Part shown: positions 41,063 to 54,800 of the stretch, in pieces
Position numbering within the stretch: position 1 is the stretch's first letter
Layout: the number at the start of each line of letters is the position of its first letter
NCBI RefSeq assembly: GCF_001194135.2
Contig: NC_069006.1
Coordinates: 6,935,261-6,999,260, forward strand
Reading direction: 5' to 3'
Origin: Octopus bimaculoides
Lineage: Eukaryota
Length of the DNA stretch: 64,000 nucleotides
Notes under the pieces: model-generated
Databases searched by the model: none
Told to the model about the DNA's origin: nothing
Seen by the model: the letters and a program-made list of their open reading frames with translations, nothing else
Translations under genes and position numbers: made by a program

Positions 41063-42628
41063 TACAATGGGCTTCTCTGAGCTTCCATCTACCACATCGA
41101 CTCAAGACTTTGGTTGGCTCGAAGGTATAACGAAAGACACTTGCCCATGTTGCCACATAGTGGGACTGAACCTGGAAACATGTGCTTGGGAAGCACACTT
41201 CTTACCACACATCCACACCTGTGCCTATATGTAGTTCAGAGGTGTACAAAGATGGGGCATCACCATTGTCCATTCTCTGGCATCATTTTAATAATGATAG
41301 TCGTTTTGCTAAACTCTTTGTTATTATCAAAATTAATTAAAACAAAAGCATTGTATTTCAACAGAAATATGGAAACAAAAGCGTTAAGACCAGTTCTGTG
41401 TGGGAACTTTTCTATGCTGATCATGTTATTCTCATAGTAGACTCTGTGAATAAGTTAAGAGAAGAAATTCCTGATATAGAAGCAAAGACAGGAATCATAA
41501 AAGTACAGAGTAAATCTAGCAAAAGTTCTTAGTTTGTGGGACAAGACCTGTTACCATTGCTGTTTCTTCATCATCATCATCATCATCATCGTCATTTAAT
41601 GTCTGCTTTCCATGCTGGCATGGGTTGGACGGTTTGACTGAGGACTGGAATGCCGAGAGGCTGCACCAGGCTCCAATCTGATCTGGCAAGGTTTCTACAG
41701 CTAGATGCCCTTCCTAACGCAAACCACTCCAAGAATGGGTGCTTTTTATGTACCACAGGCATGGAAGCCAGTTAGATGGCACTGGCATCAACCACGCTCG
41801 AATGGCGCTTTTTACATGCCACAAGCATGGGGGCCAGTTAGGTGGCACTGGCATCAGCCTCGACTATGATTTCACTTGGTTCAAAATAAATATAAGTTTG
41901 GTGCCCCCTTTTGTTAAGTAGGTTGATATTTTAAGAAGTTAACCCTTTAGCATTTACATTATTCTATCAAAAGTAATCCTTATTTATTCACCGTATTTTG
42001 AATTCATCCTGCATTATCTCATAGCTTTAATATTTTAAAGATGTGATTATTTATTTTTATAATGACAATGTAGGGGAGGGTTGAGAAGCTATATCTGGTC
42101 AGTTTTAACATAAAACAGTTAAAATATTTTGGCCAGATATGGCCAGTTTAAATGCCAAAGAATTAAAGAACGCATATGACATGTATTATTTCTGGATTTT
42201 AGGTATGGTACTGTTGGCACTGGTCTTTCAATGACATCTAGGGGTTTACGGCCTGGTTTCTCTTCAAGTAAGTCATAAATTTTAATGTCTAATTAGTTTT
42301 CTATATTGTTGTTGTTAATTACAGATCAACCCTGATTCAGTGAGCCTACAATCAACTCATTCCAACCATGACCCTATCATATGCTGGGAGGGATGTTGGA
42401 CTATAATATTTGATATGTTCTTTTCTAAAATAGTAGTGTATTATTTGAGGGATATGTGGCTATTACTTCTAGCATGTCAGCAACCATGGCAAAGCAATGT
42501 TACATGCTTTGTTTGTGAATTATGTGGAACTGTGTATGTGTATGTATACACACACATGTATGCAAACATTCTGCGTGCTGGTATTTACGATACTAAATTA
42601 ACTTTTGTTTTCACTTTTAAACATACAT

Positions 42629-42661
<33 letters not shown>

Positions 42662-45600
42662 CATCATATGTAAACAAACTTAAGTTTGTTTTTGAAGCGC
42701 TGAAATGTATAGTAGTACAAGTAGGAAAATATATTTTTCAACGTGTAAATACTGATATAACAGTTTAGCTTGATGGTAGAGCACTTGACCGGAAATCAAA
42801 GGGATGTGAGTTGGATTCTCATGACTGGTTGCTGACAGATTTTTCTGGTCTGTAAGGGATATCATCCCGTATATACTGTTATATCAGTATTTATGCGTTG
42901 AAAAATATATTTTTCTACTTGTACTACTAATGTATATAATTTTTTTTCATGTTGAGTTGCAGTAGAAACAATTTAACATTAAACTTGCAGAATTAATAGT
43001 TTTGTCGAGTATTTCTGATACTTTTACAAGAAGATGAGTGACAGTGACTTCAAAGTTTCAAGCAGGCAAAGGCCAGCAGACTAGACCTTCGAAGTCACTA
43101 TCACCCACTTGTAAAATTATAATACTTTATCTTTTACTTGTTTCATGCTGGGGCACCTCCTTGAAGTATTTCTCATCAAATGAATCAACCATAGTACATT
43201 TTTTAAGCCTTGTATTTATTCTGTTGGTCTCTTTTGCCAAACCACTAAGTTACGGGGACATATACACTCCCACACCAGATGTGATGAAGGCTTGTAAAAT
43301 GCACCCAGTACACTCTGTAATGTGGTTGGCATTAAGAAAGGCATCCAGCCGTAGAAACCGTGCAAATCAGCCATCTGGAAATAGGGCAGCTCTCTGGCTT
43401 GCCAGTTCTTGTCAAACTGTCCAACCCATACCAGCATAGAAAACAGACATTAAATTATGATGATGATGATGGCATATACGATGTGCTTCTTTCAATTTCC
43501 ATCTATCAAATCTATTCAAAGCTTTAGTCTGTTCAGAGCTGTAGTATAAGACACTTGCTCATGGTACCGCACCTATACCTATATATATATATGTATGTGT
43601 ATGTATATATAAATTTTTAGTGAAACTGTTTTGAAACCAATTGAACTCTTTTCTTCCACCCAACAATATTTATTGCTTTCTGTGATGCATTGATATTTAG
43701 TGTAGTAACTGTATTTTCTGGTTGTTTTGTAGTGATTGTATCACAGTTTGGCAATGTCCAAGGACGACTGGTCTGGTCAGCTGGAATGACGACGGCTATG
43801 AGTACCATCATAGTTTATGATTCATTAAAAAGACATGCAGTATTTACGGTTCAGGTTTGTAATGAATGACATTCTTTCATTTCACGGGAGGTTAAATGTG
43901 GGCTGTTGTGAACACTTACATCGTTTGTTGTAGGTTTCATTATTGTAGGTACCAATCACTGGTATGTGGCATTTATGATGCTGGGAGTAACACGGGTGTA
44001 TCAGGATAAGTCAGGCAGAATAAATATTACAGGGGTATTTTTGTTAAATGCACCTGTTTATTAGTTTGTCTCACTGCTGTGTATAGCTTCTGCACTATCA
44101 TGTGTGCATGTCTGAAAAAAGACTCCATTGTGTGTGTGCGTGTATTTTATATTCTAATGTAAAACTCCTTTTAATATCTATTCCCCGAAAAGTGGTGAAC
44201 TGACAGAATCATTAGCATGCTGAGCAAAATGCTTGGCAGCATTTCATCTGTCTTTACATTCTGAATTCAAATTCCACCGAGGTCAACTTTTCCTTTCATC
44301 CTTTCAGGATCGATAAATAAGGACCAGTTGAGCACCGGGGTTGATGTAATCAACTGACTTCCTCCCCTGAAATTGCTGGCCTTGTGCCAAAATTTGACAC
44401 CAGTATTTACTCACTAAGTTTTATATTGAGGCATAAGTCGAATTGATGTTCTCATCTTGGTTGTTACTTTCACCGTGTTTCAGTTGTCGTATGCTCCAGC
44501 CCTCCTCAGGTGTCTTGTGTTAAATTTGGCTGTTGAAGAAGGCCGGTTCATACAGCAGCCGAAACATGTGTAAGCAACAATCAGTTTGATTAATATAGAA
44601 TTTTAAAGAATGTCATGTTTCAGTCCCTTAACCATTTGACTATGGGTAAATAAATGCCCAAAATCAAAGTGGACAACACCACTTTCTATCTTTTGTTCAC
44701 TCTGAAAACAATTGATGCAATAAAAGAGTAGGTCTTTCATTGTTTCTGATGGAAACTAAGATATCCTGAAATGTTCTCTGTTTCTATTGTTTGGTTTTTC
44801 CTTTCTAGATTGGAATTCCAAATAGTTTTGTTTCATTAAGTTACACGCACAAATTTCAAGAAGATGATGCTCGTGTGCGAGGTGCAGTAAGGTCAGTATT
44901 ATCTCTTTCGCAAATAATTAAATGGCTTTTGTTCATTCATTTGATATCTTTTTTAGTCCATGGTAACATGGACTATAGAACATGTCTGGAAATTTTGCCA
45001 TAAAGGAGGCACACAAGCAGACTGTAAACTAGATAATTTGTTTTGAAGAAATTACCTTTCTCTATTTCATAGGCTGTTAGTTTTAGCATTTCAAGTAATG
45101 GTATAGAGCATTGGTTCCCAACCGTTTTAATATCTGGGTCAGATCCAAAACCTGGATTTTGGGGGGAAGACTGTCAAGGGCTGCCATAAGGATGCTTGAG
45201 GACTGCATGTGGCCCTGGGAGCTGCCTTTGAAAACTGCTGGTATACAGACTCAGTGACTTGTGTTTGTCAATATGATGTATGAAGAGTTTGTGGCATGTG
45301 TAAAACCCTGCCTTTAACGTGGTTGTAGTTTATCGTTTTTTTTTTTTTGTTGTTTCTTTTTTCTTGAACAGAGTTGGTGTATTTAGTACAATCTTAGAAT
45401 GTGGTGTTGAGAAAAAGATCACCGAATACAGTACATTAGGAGCGACAATGTTGGTGGGTGTTCCAACAGGAGTAACTCTTCGAATAAAGTAGGTGGCATG
45501 CAAATTACTCTTTCTCTCTTTCTCACAGTCTCTTGCTCCCTCTGTCACACTCTCATAGACACACACTCCTCTTTTTTCCTTTTTGTCTCTCTTTCTTTCA

Positions 45601-45946
45601 CTCCCACACTCTTCACTCTCTCACCCCTCATCCTCTCTCTGATATCCTGATTTACAATCATTTCTATTTTGTTTTTACCAAAATGTCTTACATTGCAAAA
45701 CAGATTTAATATTTTTTTCTTTCCTTGTCTTTTTCTACCAGATTAAGTCGTGGCCGCCAGACGTTCCTCTTCCCCATCCACCTATCCGACCATTTAATGC
45801 CCAGCGCCATCTTTTATGGAACTGCTGTCCCTTTTATGTTATACCATGCTGTGAAAATTCTTATCATCAAACCATATCTACAGGAGCAGAAGAAAAGGTC
45901 AGATTATTTCTTTTAAAGGAAACGCTTTATTCCATAATAATAATAA

Positions 45947-45977
<31 letters not shown>

Positions 45978-48403
45978 CACCTTTGTTGTCTCTCCAGCAC
46001 CTGTACCAGTGCCACGAAAAAAGCATTTATGCTGGCACTATGTAAAAAAGCACCTGTGCCGGCACCACATAAATAGCACCTGTACTGGTGCCATGTAAAA
46101 ACCACACATTCTAGTGTCTCAGAAAATCCACTCATGCTGGTGCTACATAGAAAGCATCCATGCTGGCACCATGTAGAAAGCTTTGGTGCTTGTGCTGGCA
46201 CCAGGTAAAAGACACCTGTGCTGGTGCAACACAGAAAGACAACCATGCTGGCACCACATAGGAAGCAGATGTGCTGGTGCCACATAGAAAGCACCCATGC
46301 CAACACCACTTAAAAAGTACTGGTGCTGGCGCCACATAAAAAGTACTTTTGCTGGCCCCATGTAAAAAGCACCCAGTACACTCTGTGGAGTGGTTGGCAT
46401 TAGGAACGGCATCCAGCTGTAGAAACCAAGCCAAAACAGATGACTGGAGCTTGGTGCAGCTCTGTAGCCTTGCCAGTTCCAGTCAAACTGTCCAACCCAT
46501 GCCAGCATAGAAAACGGAAATTAAATGATGATAATGATGAAGATTGACAAACAATCATAAATGGTGTTTTACCCATGATTTTCCTTTTTCTTCACTTTCG
46601 TGTTTTATCAAACATTGTGTATTCCAGATACCATTATCCAATATGTCCTTTCCTTTCTAAGACTATAGATGTTGAAAATTTTAAGAATATCTAGCTCCTG
46701 TTTCTTGAAGGACACTAATGTTGTTTTGTCCTAGTTCAGCCTTAATAGAACAAAAACTTGATCAAAGATGTTCCGATGGTGACCATCCCATCTTATTTCT
46801 GTATCTAGGACTACATTGTCCTATATGTCCTTTTTTAAGATAATAGGAAGTAATCTGGCTGCTATTTCCATATAGAGGCTTGTTTGTTTTTTGATAGGTT
46901 TGAGTGTGACAGTCAGTGTAAAGTTGGGGTGAGTCCCCCATCAAGCAATCTCACTGCTTACATTTGATTCCCAATTATTGTTTCACTGCAGTTATACTGT
47001 TCAGACACTTGGGAAAAGTGTGATAGTCACAACTCTTATAATCAACCTCTTGTTAGCTCTTCCTTTTCATGAAAAAAGGGCTATTTATATACACATATCA
47101 TCATCATCATCATTTGACATCCACTTAGGAAGGGCATTGAGCCACAGAAGCCATGATATATATACAGACACACACAAACGCACAGCATTTGATGAGCTGG
47201 ATGTATCCTATACACTCATGTGGGTCTGAGTCAAACTGATATTAAAAATATATGTGATTCCTACCAAATGTGTTGAGTGCTACTTTTAATGTTTCTTTTG
47301 ATTTCTGCATTTCAGAGATATTGAGAAGAAACAAGAAGAGAACAGTGAAATTATCCACAAGAAGAAGATGGAAGCTGAAGCTGCAGTGAGTTTAATGATG
47401 TTTGTTTGTTGTTGTTGTTGTCTGATTTGGACGACCTTTGTCTCAAGAAATTGGGGGCAAAATGTTGAGGAACGATTTACTGATACAACCTATTAGATAC
47501 ATTGGGTCTGAGATTGTGCAGAGTGACAGTCTAAAGCAGTGCTTCTCCATCAAGATCCACATGCCACAAGGGGTTCAATATAAGATTCTGTTGTTGAAAT
47601 TTATGCACAAAAATTCAATACACAAAATACCTTAACAATTTTTGCTCTATAATTCCTAATAATATCGAATTGTAAAAATATGATAGGCTATTTTTAGACA
47701 CTGAACAGCTGTGGAGGTCCAGTAGATTAAAATAGAAATCAAAAGGGATCCATAGACTACAGAATGGTTGAGGATGATGCTGTTGTAACTCACTGCCATT
47801 CTGATGGTAAGATCCTCATCCTGATCCTTATTGTTTTAACATCTATTTTTCTATGCTTGCATTGGTCAGATGAAACTTTTGTTAAAGCAGATATTTCTTC
47901 AGCTGTTGCCAACCCTCACATGTTTCCAAGCAATATAATATTATTTCTCCTCCTCTGTCAAATAACAAACAGCTCAGACCTACTTTCACAGAGGATTGTA
48001 AACAAATGACACTGTTTTTATGAACAGTGGCTTTAGTTTACAATCAGCATACACAAGGGAAGACAGACACTGATATCTGTGCCATCTATACATTAAATCT
48101 CTCAAATGGCACAAAGCCACACACCCTCAATACTACCCTCCCCCCTCCAAGTTAAAGGGGTTTTTGTCTTGCAAGGTATTTGGTGACCATGTCAGTGCTG
48201 GTGACACATAAAAAACAAATAAGCTGGTGCCACATAAAAGGCACCCAGTACACTCAATAAGCTGGTTGACATTAGGGAGGGCATCCAGCAGTAGAAACCA
48301 TGCCAAAACAGACAATCCAACCCAATATTTACCTGCTGTTATTTATAGCTTTATGTGATGTGCTTCAAGAGCCATTATTCCCCCAAAGAATTACATGTGT
48401 GTA

Positions 48404-48452
<49 letters not shown>

Positions 48453-48816
48453 GTATNNNNNNNNNNNNNNNNNNNNNNNNNNNNNNNNNNNNNNNNNNNN
48501 NNNNNNNNNNNNNNNNNNNNNNNNNNNNNNNNNNNNNNNNNNNNNNNNNNNNNNNNNNNNNNNNNNNNNNNNNNNNNNNNNNNNNNNNNNNNNNNNNNNN
48601 NNNNNNNNNNNNNNNNNNNNNNNNNNNNNNNNNNNNNNNNNNNNNNNNNNNNNNNNNNNNNNNNNNNNNNNNNNNNNNNNNNNNNNNNNNNNNNNNNNNN
48701 NNNNNNNNNNNNNNNNNNNNNNNNNNNNNNNNNNNNNNNNNNNNNNNNNNNNNNNNNNNNNNNNNNNNNNNNNNNNNNNNNNNNNNNNNNNNNNNNNNNN
48801 NNNNNNNNNNNNNNNN

Positions 48817-48858
<42 letters not shown>

Positions 48859-51800
48859 GTGAAATTCAACTGCTATTATTGTGTTTTCAGATCCATTTGA
48901 TGCAAGAAACAGTTCAAAGGGTAATAAAGGAAGAAAATGAGAAATCTGGTCTGCTGATTGTGAAAGCTCTTTATGGGAAACTGTCAGAAAAGTCACAAGA
49001 GTAAGATATCCATTTTGATTTGTTTCAGTACAACTTATCATCATACCCTTCGTCTTCAGATCTGCTGGTGAGATACAAGAGAAAATGTCTGTTAGAAGCT
49101 AATCCTGTCATATCTTATAAACCTTCATATGTATCTGTGTTTTATACATGTGTTGATAATAAGTGTCCAAACTATGCTAGCATGAGTTAGATGAATACTT
49201 ATTATTAAAGCATTCTTTTACAACTGGATGCTTTGCCTGTCACCCACACTTACATGTTTTTCAAGTGAGCGTTTCTTTTTTTTTTAATTCCACTTGATTT
49301 TGAAAACAAAACCAACATGATGATTTGTAAACAGGGAAATAAGCTGACATTCAGTCAGTTATGACAACAAAGCGTGTTCCTGCATGTGAAATTTAAGTGC
49401 AAGTGGCTGAGCACTCCACAGACACGTGTACCCTTAATGTAGTTCTCAGGGAGGTTTAGCATGATAGAGTGTGACAAGGCTGGCCCCTTTGAATTACAGG
49501 TACAACTCATTTTTGCCTGCTGAGTGGACTGGAGCAATATGAAATAAAGTGTCTTGCTCAAGGACACAACACTTTGTCCAGAATTCTGAGCTGGACACAC
49601 TAACCGCAAAGCCATGTGCCTCCACAACGGACGTGAATGAATGAGTGAGTGAGTGTATAGGCCATGTGTGTTTGTTATACATGTTTAATATTTTACATTG
49701 TAATAATTGATCTATGATACACTGTTGTGAATAACACCCATCTTTAGATCCTCTAATATCTTCTGCAACAGTGTTACACAACAGCTACTACAAACAGTGG
49801 ACAATCTACTATAGTCCAATGTGTTAAGCTTTAATATTTCATTTTATCTGAAATATATCTTGATAGAGAAACCATACCAAAGGTGACATTGGAATTTGAT
49901 GCAGCCCTGCAGCTCCCAGTCAAACTGTCCTACCCATGCTCACATGGAAAGTGACCATCAAATGATGATGATGATAAAAGTGGGCTGGAAGAAACTTTAC
50001 TGTTTAATATCAGATATTACATGCACCCTTGATAACTTATATGTACCCCCTAGTACCGTGTATTACATGTACTCCCAGTTGTATCGACCAGACTACTGGA
50101 TGTTGTTATATGCCATTCATTACTATACACTTATTATTCTTTCTAGTTTGTGTCCTCCTATTCCATCTTGGACCAAATTGCTTCACTAAATTATCTTCCC
50201 ATCATCATGAAGGCCTTCCAAGTGAACTCTTCCAGTCTTTTGGATATCACTCGGCAACTGCACTGACCAACCTTTTGACATGTTGGGTTCAGCTTTTGGT
50301 ATTCTGTGACCACATCATTCACTTTGCTCCATTCTCGTATTATTTCATTATAAACTCTCGCAATGATACTCCTAACATGGACCTTTCCATGGCCCTTTGG
50401 GTCATAGCAACTCATATTCTTCCCTCTTTATAGTAGCCTACATCTCACTTTTGTATAAGAGCACAGATTGGACAGTGTTGTTGAAGAATCTGGCATGTAC
50501 AGTCTTGTCCAGCTTTGCTTCAACATATCCTTTATTGAGGTAAACACCTTCCACCCTACCCTTCTTCCCCTTGAAATGTCAGCATATATTCTCTGTGTGC
50601 CCCAAGTACATGTACACTTTTACCTCCTTGATTTCATTGCTTCCTGCTCCCTAATTTCATGTATTATATGTACCCTAATTTAAATCTTGATTTTTTTTTT
50701 TTTTCATATGTACATTTTAACTTTGACAAGAATTCATTGGTGAGTTCTCAGTTTGCTCATAGCATGATTCTTTTTGTCTTGTAGTGGGTTTGTTGATGGT
50801 AAATACATCGATGTTGCTGTGCCACTTCAGTGCCTTATCAAGAATTCTTCGTTATTAATTCCTGAAAAGAATAGCAAGGTAAGAATCAGGATTTTCACAT
50901 TTGGGGAAACTGGAGTAAAAGGAGTTACACACACACACACACATTAAATTAATTACACTCACATTTGTACCCACAGTTTGAGTTGATTACAAAACACTTA
51001 AAAGTTAACGCATTGGGAATGGCATTCAGCTGTAGAAACCATGTCAAAGCAGATGACAGAGCTTGACTGGCTGAATTCTCTGGACTGACGGCTCTTGTCA
51101 AACTGTCCAACCCATGCCAGCATGGAAAACAGACATTAAATCATGATGATGAAGAAAGTTACACATCTCTCTTTGTTTCACGAGGGCCTAACTCTTTTAC
51201 TCGTTTCAGTGTTTTGTCTGCGACCATGCTGGGGCACAATCTTTCAAAGGATTTGTGATTGATTATATTGATGCCTGTACTTGTCTGATCCTTATTTTAT
51301 TTTTACGCTATTCAGCAGATGGCTAAGTCCTCCTTGATATAAAGGGACGTAACTGCATACCAGAAATATCTCGTATTTTCGTCAGTGCACTGATGCATGT
51401 GCACACACACACACACACTGTTTAGAAATAGAAACAAGAGAAAGCGTACTCAATGCATGGGATTGAGTTCATTTATTTTACACAAGTTGATGAATCACTC
51501 TATCATTACTGAAAATGCTTCATATGCCATAGTGCAATAACTGAAACTAAAAAAAGAATAGCAGAACATATATATATATATATATTCAGATTTGATCTTT
51601 ATATTTCAGACTGGAATCTTAGGGTTCTATGATCCCTGTTTAGGAGAAGAAAAGAGTTTATATATCAGATATAAATTCCGAAATAAACTACACCATGTAA
51701 CTTTAGGAGATTGTGAACCTCTGAAAATACCTCTAAAAAGTAAGTTCCAACTTTGCAAATGAAATATATTCTCTGTGTTATTATACTTTTAAAGATTACA

Positions 51801-54800
51801 CTTACAAGTACCAAGGATTATGTTGTTTTACTATTACTAATTAAATTATCCAGTTTATCAAATGGTTTAAGCTATTTTTTGATCAATTAGTTAACCCTTT
51901 GCCTGTCCAAAGCATTTTCATAAATTTCTCCTGAATAGTAATACATACTTGTTTTCAGAGTTAGTTATTGTTTCATACTTTTTGTCTAACATAAAGTTTT
52001 CCTTTAATAAGTCCAAAGTTGCTGTGTTAATTGAAAAGCAATTGGAAATGCATATCATATATAATGCATGGACGCCAGAGAAATGTATCCCATGTATCAT
52101 GTGATATACAGGACAGGCAAATGGATAAGAAACCTGTGTCTGTACCAGTCAACGAGGGGTTTTGCATGCTAGAAATCGCAACCAAATCTCTCTTCCCTAT
52201 CTTAACACTTTGCCTGTCTAAAGTATTTCTATAAGTTTGTCCTAAACATCCAAGCTTGTCTTCAGACTTCTGGTTAATCCTTGTTTCATATGTTCTGAGT
52301 TACATGAAGCTTTCATTTTGTAAGTCCCAAGTTGCTCTGGCAGTTGGAAAAAATTAGGAACACGTACTGTATATGATGCATGGACACCAGGGAAATAAGT
52401 CCTGTGTTATTACATATGATTCACAAGACAGGCAAAGGGTTATGCTATTTGTTTTAATCAAATGTAAGAGGTTATTGCACCAAACAGTTCAACAAATGAG
52501 AAACTCAAAACTTACAGCATTCTTAGGCAAGGTGCATCGTTTTTTTTTTCTTGTTTCAGTTGACCTAACTAAAAGCCAGTTTGAATTCTATTTCCCAATG
52601 AGAAGCACCACCCAAAATATGCAAATATCAATTTTGTGACAATTCTCCCAGTAATGTTGGTCTGTTAAAAATCAAGTTAAATAATAAAATGTAAAATAGT
52701 AACTTCTGACATAGGTAAAACGCCACGAGTTAGCCAAAGTGGTGTGCAGTCTGTATATTATTGCTACTCATTTTATTAAGCCTGGGGATATGAACAAGCA
52801 AAGTAAAGAATTTGAATCTACAAAGTAACATTTTATAACTAACCATATTTCTGACCACAAAATGCAAGATTGGTCTTTAAATGTTATATAAATATATATC
52901 ATCATCATCATCATCGTTTAACGTCCGCTTTCCATGCTAGCGTGGGTTGGACGATTTGACTGAGGACTGGTGAAACCGGATGGCAACACCAGGCTCCAGT
53001 CTAATTTGGCAGAGTTTCTACAGCTGGATGCCCTTCCTAACGCCAACCACTCAGAGAGTGTAGTGGGTGCTTTTACGTGTCACCCGCACAAAAACGGCCA
53101 CGCTCGAAATGGTGTCTTTTATGTGCCNNNNNNNNNNNNNNNNNNNNNNNNNNNNNNNNNNNNNNNNNNNNNNNNNNNNNNNNNNNNNNNNNNNNNNNNN
53201 NNNNNNNNNNNNNNNNNNNNNNNNNNNNNNNNNNNNNNNNNNNNNNNNNNNNNNNNNNNNNNNNNNNNNNNNNNNNNNNNNNNNNNNNNNNNNNNNNNNN
53301 NNNNNNNNNNNNNNNNNNNNNNNNNNNNNNNNNNNNNNNNNNNNNNNNNNNNNNNNNNNNNNNNNNNNNNNNNNNNNNNNNNNNNNNNNNNNNNNNNNNN
53401 NNNNNNNNNNNNNNNNNNNNNNNNNNNNNNNNNNNNNNNNNNNNNNNNNNNNNNNTATATATATATATATATATCAATGATAATGATATGACAACAAAAG
53501 AATGAATGAAACCTCGATATTATGTAAATAGAGGAATTTATCTATAAATATAATATGTGACAATTAGTTGGTTGTCATAATAAAGCTCAGAGTTTCGGAT
53601 GCCGGGGCTGAAGTCTTCTCCAGCATCTCATCAGTTATTAAGGCAACTGATGAGATGTCGGAGCAGACTTCAGCCCCAGCATCCGAAACTCTGAGATTTA
53701 TTATGACAACCAACTAATTGTCACATATTATATATATATGACAAATTAAAAGCAGCACTAGTAATATAAACAGTATAGTTCGCATATGCACATTGTTTTG
53801 TTTGTTTGCCATATTTGCTGCAGGGTAGCACTTAGGAAAAACTCCCTATTAATGCTGGGTGTTAAAACATCTGAATGTCACACACACACACGTGACAAGC
53901 TTCTTTCAGTTTCCGTCTACCAAATCCACTCACAAGGCTTTGGTTGGCCCAAGGCTATAGGTGTCATACAGTGGGACTGAACCCAAAACCATGTTGTTTA
54001 GAAGCATGCTTCTTACCCCACAGCCACGCCTGTGCCTATTAAGAAGATTCTACATTCCCATTTCATGGATCAAACCCAGGCTGCCTGGTGAACACCAGAT
54101 CACTGGTTTCCACCTGGGGTCCATATAAGATTTTGATCTTAAAGTTGATGTGCAATAAATTGGTTACATCTCTACAATACAGTAATCCCTCAACTATCGC
54201 AGGTGTTACTTTCCAAAACCCCCTGCAATAGGTGAAAACCTGTAAAGCAGAAACAATACTGTATTTTTTTTTAATTTTTATAATTTATATATATTTATTT
54301 TATCATAAATGCAAAACAACACTATGGAGGAATCAACATAAGCTTATCCCTTTCGTTACTGTATTTCTGTTGAGATGCTCTTTGTTTCTTTCAATTACTT
54401 TTAAAATAACAAAGAATTTAGTAAAATAACTTAGTTATAATTAAGCTAGTGTTAGGAACATAAACTGTGACTAAGGTTTGTAGGAAGGTTTTAATTCAGA
54501 ACTTATGAAAACAAGACATTTGTACTACAGAGCCAGAAGCGGTTTCAGCTGGGTTGGTATTGAAAGGGTTAAGAATTGTTTCTCTATTCTATATTTTAAT
54601 CCTTTTGTTACCCTATTTCTGTTGAGATGCTCTGTGTTTCTTTCAATTACTTTAAATATAACAAAGAACTTAGTAAAATAACTTAGTTATCATTAAGCTA
54701 GTGTTAGGAACATAAATTGTGACTAAGGTTTGGTGGAAGATTTGAATTCAGAACTTATGAAAACNNNNNNNNNNNNNNNNNNNNNNNNNNNNNNNNNNNN

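Noticed and set aside
42759-42830. Functional tRNA-Ser(GGA)
   Set aside because: Short variable arm, C at position 33, TTG instead of TTC in the T loop and stem mismatches; kept only as tRNA-like
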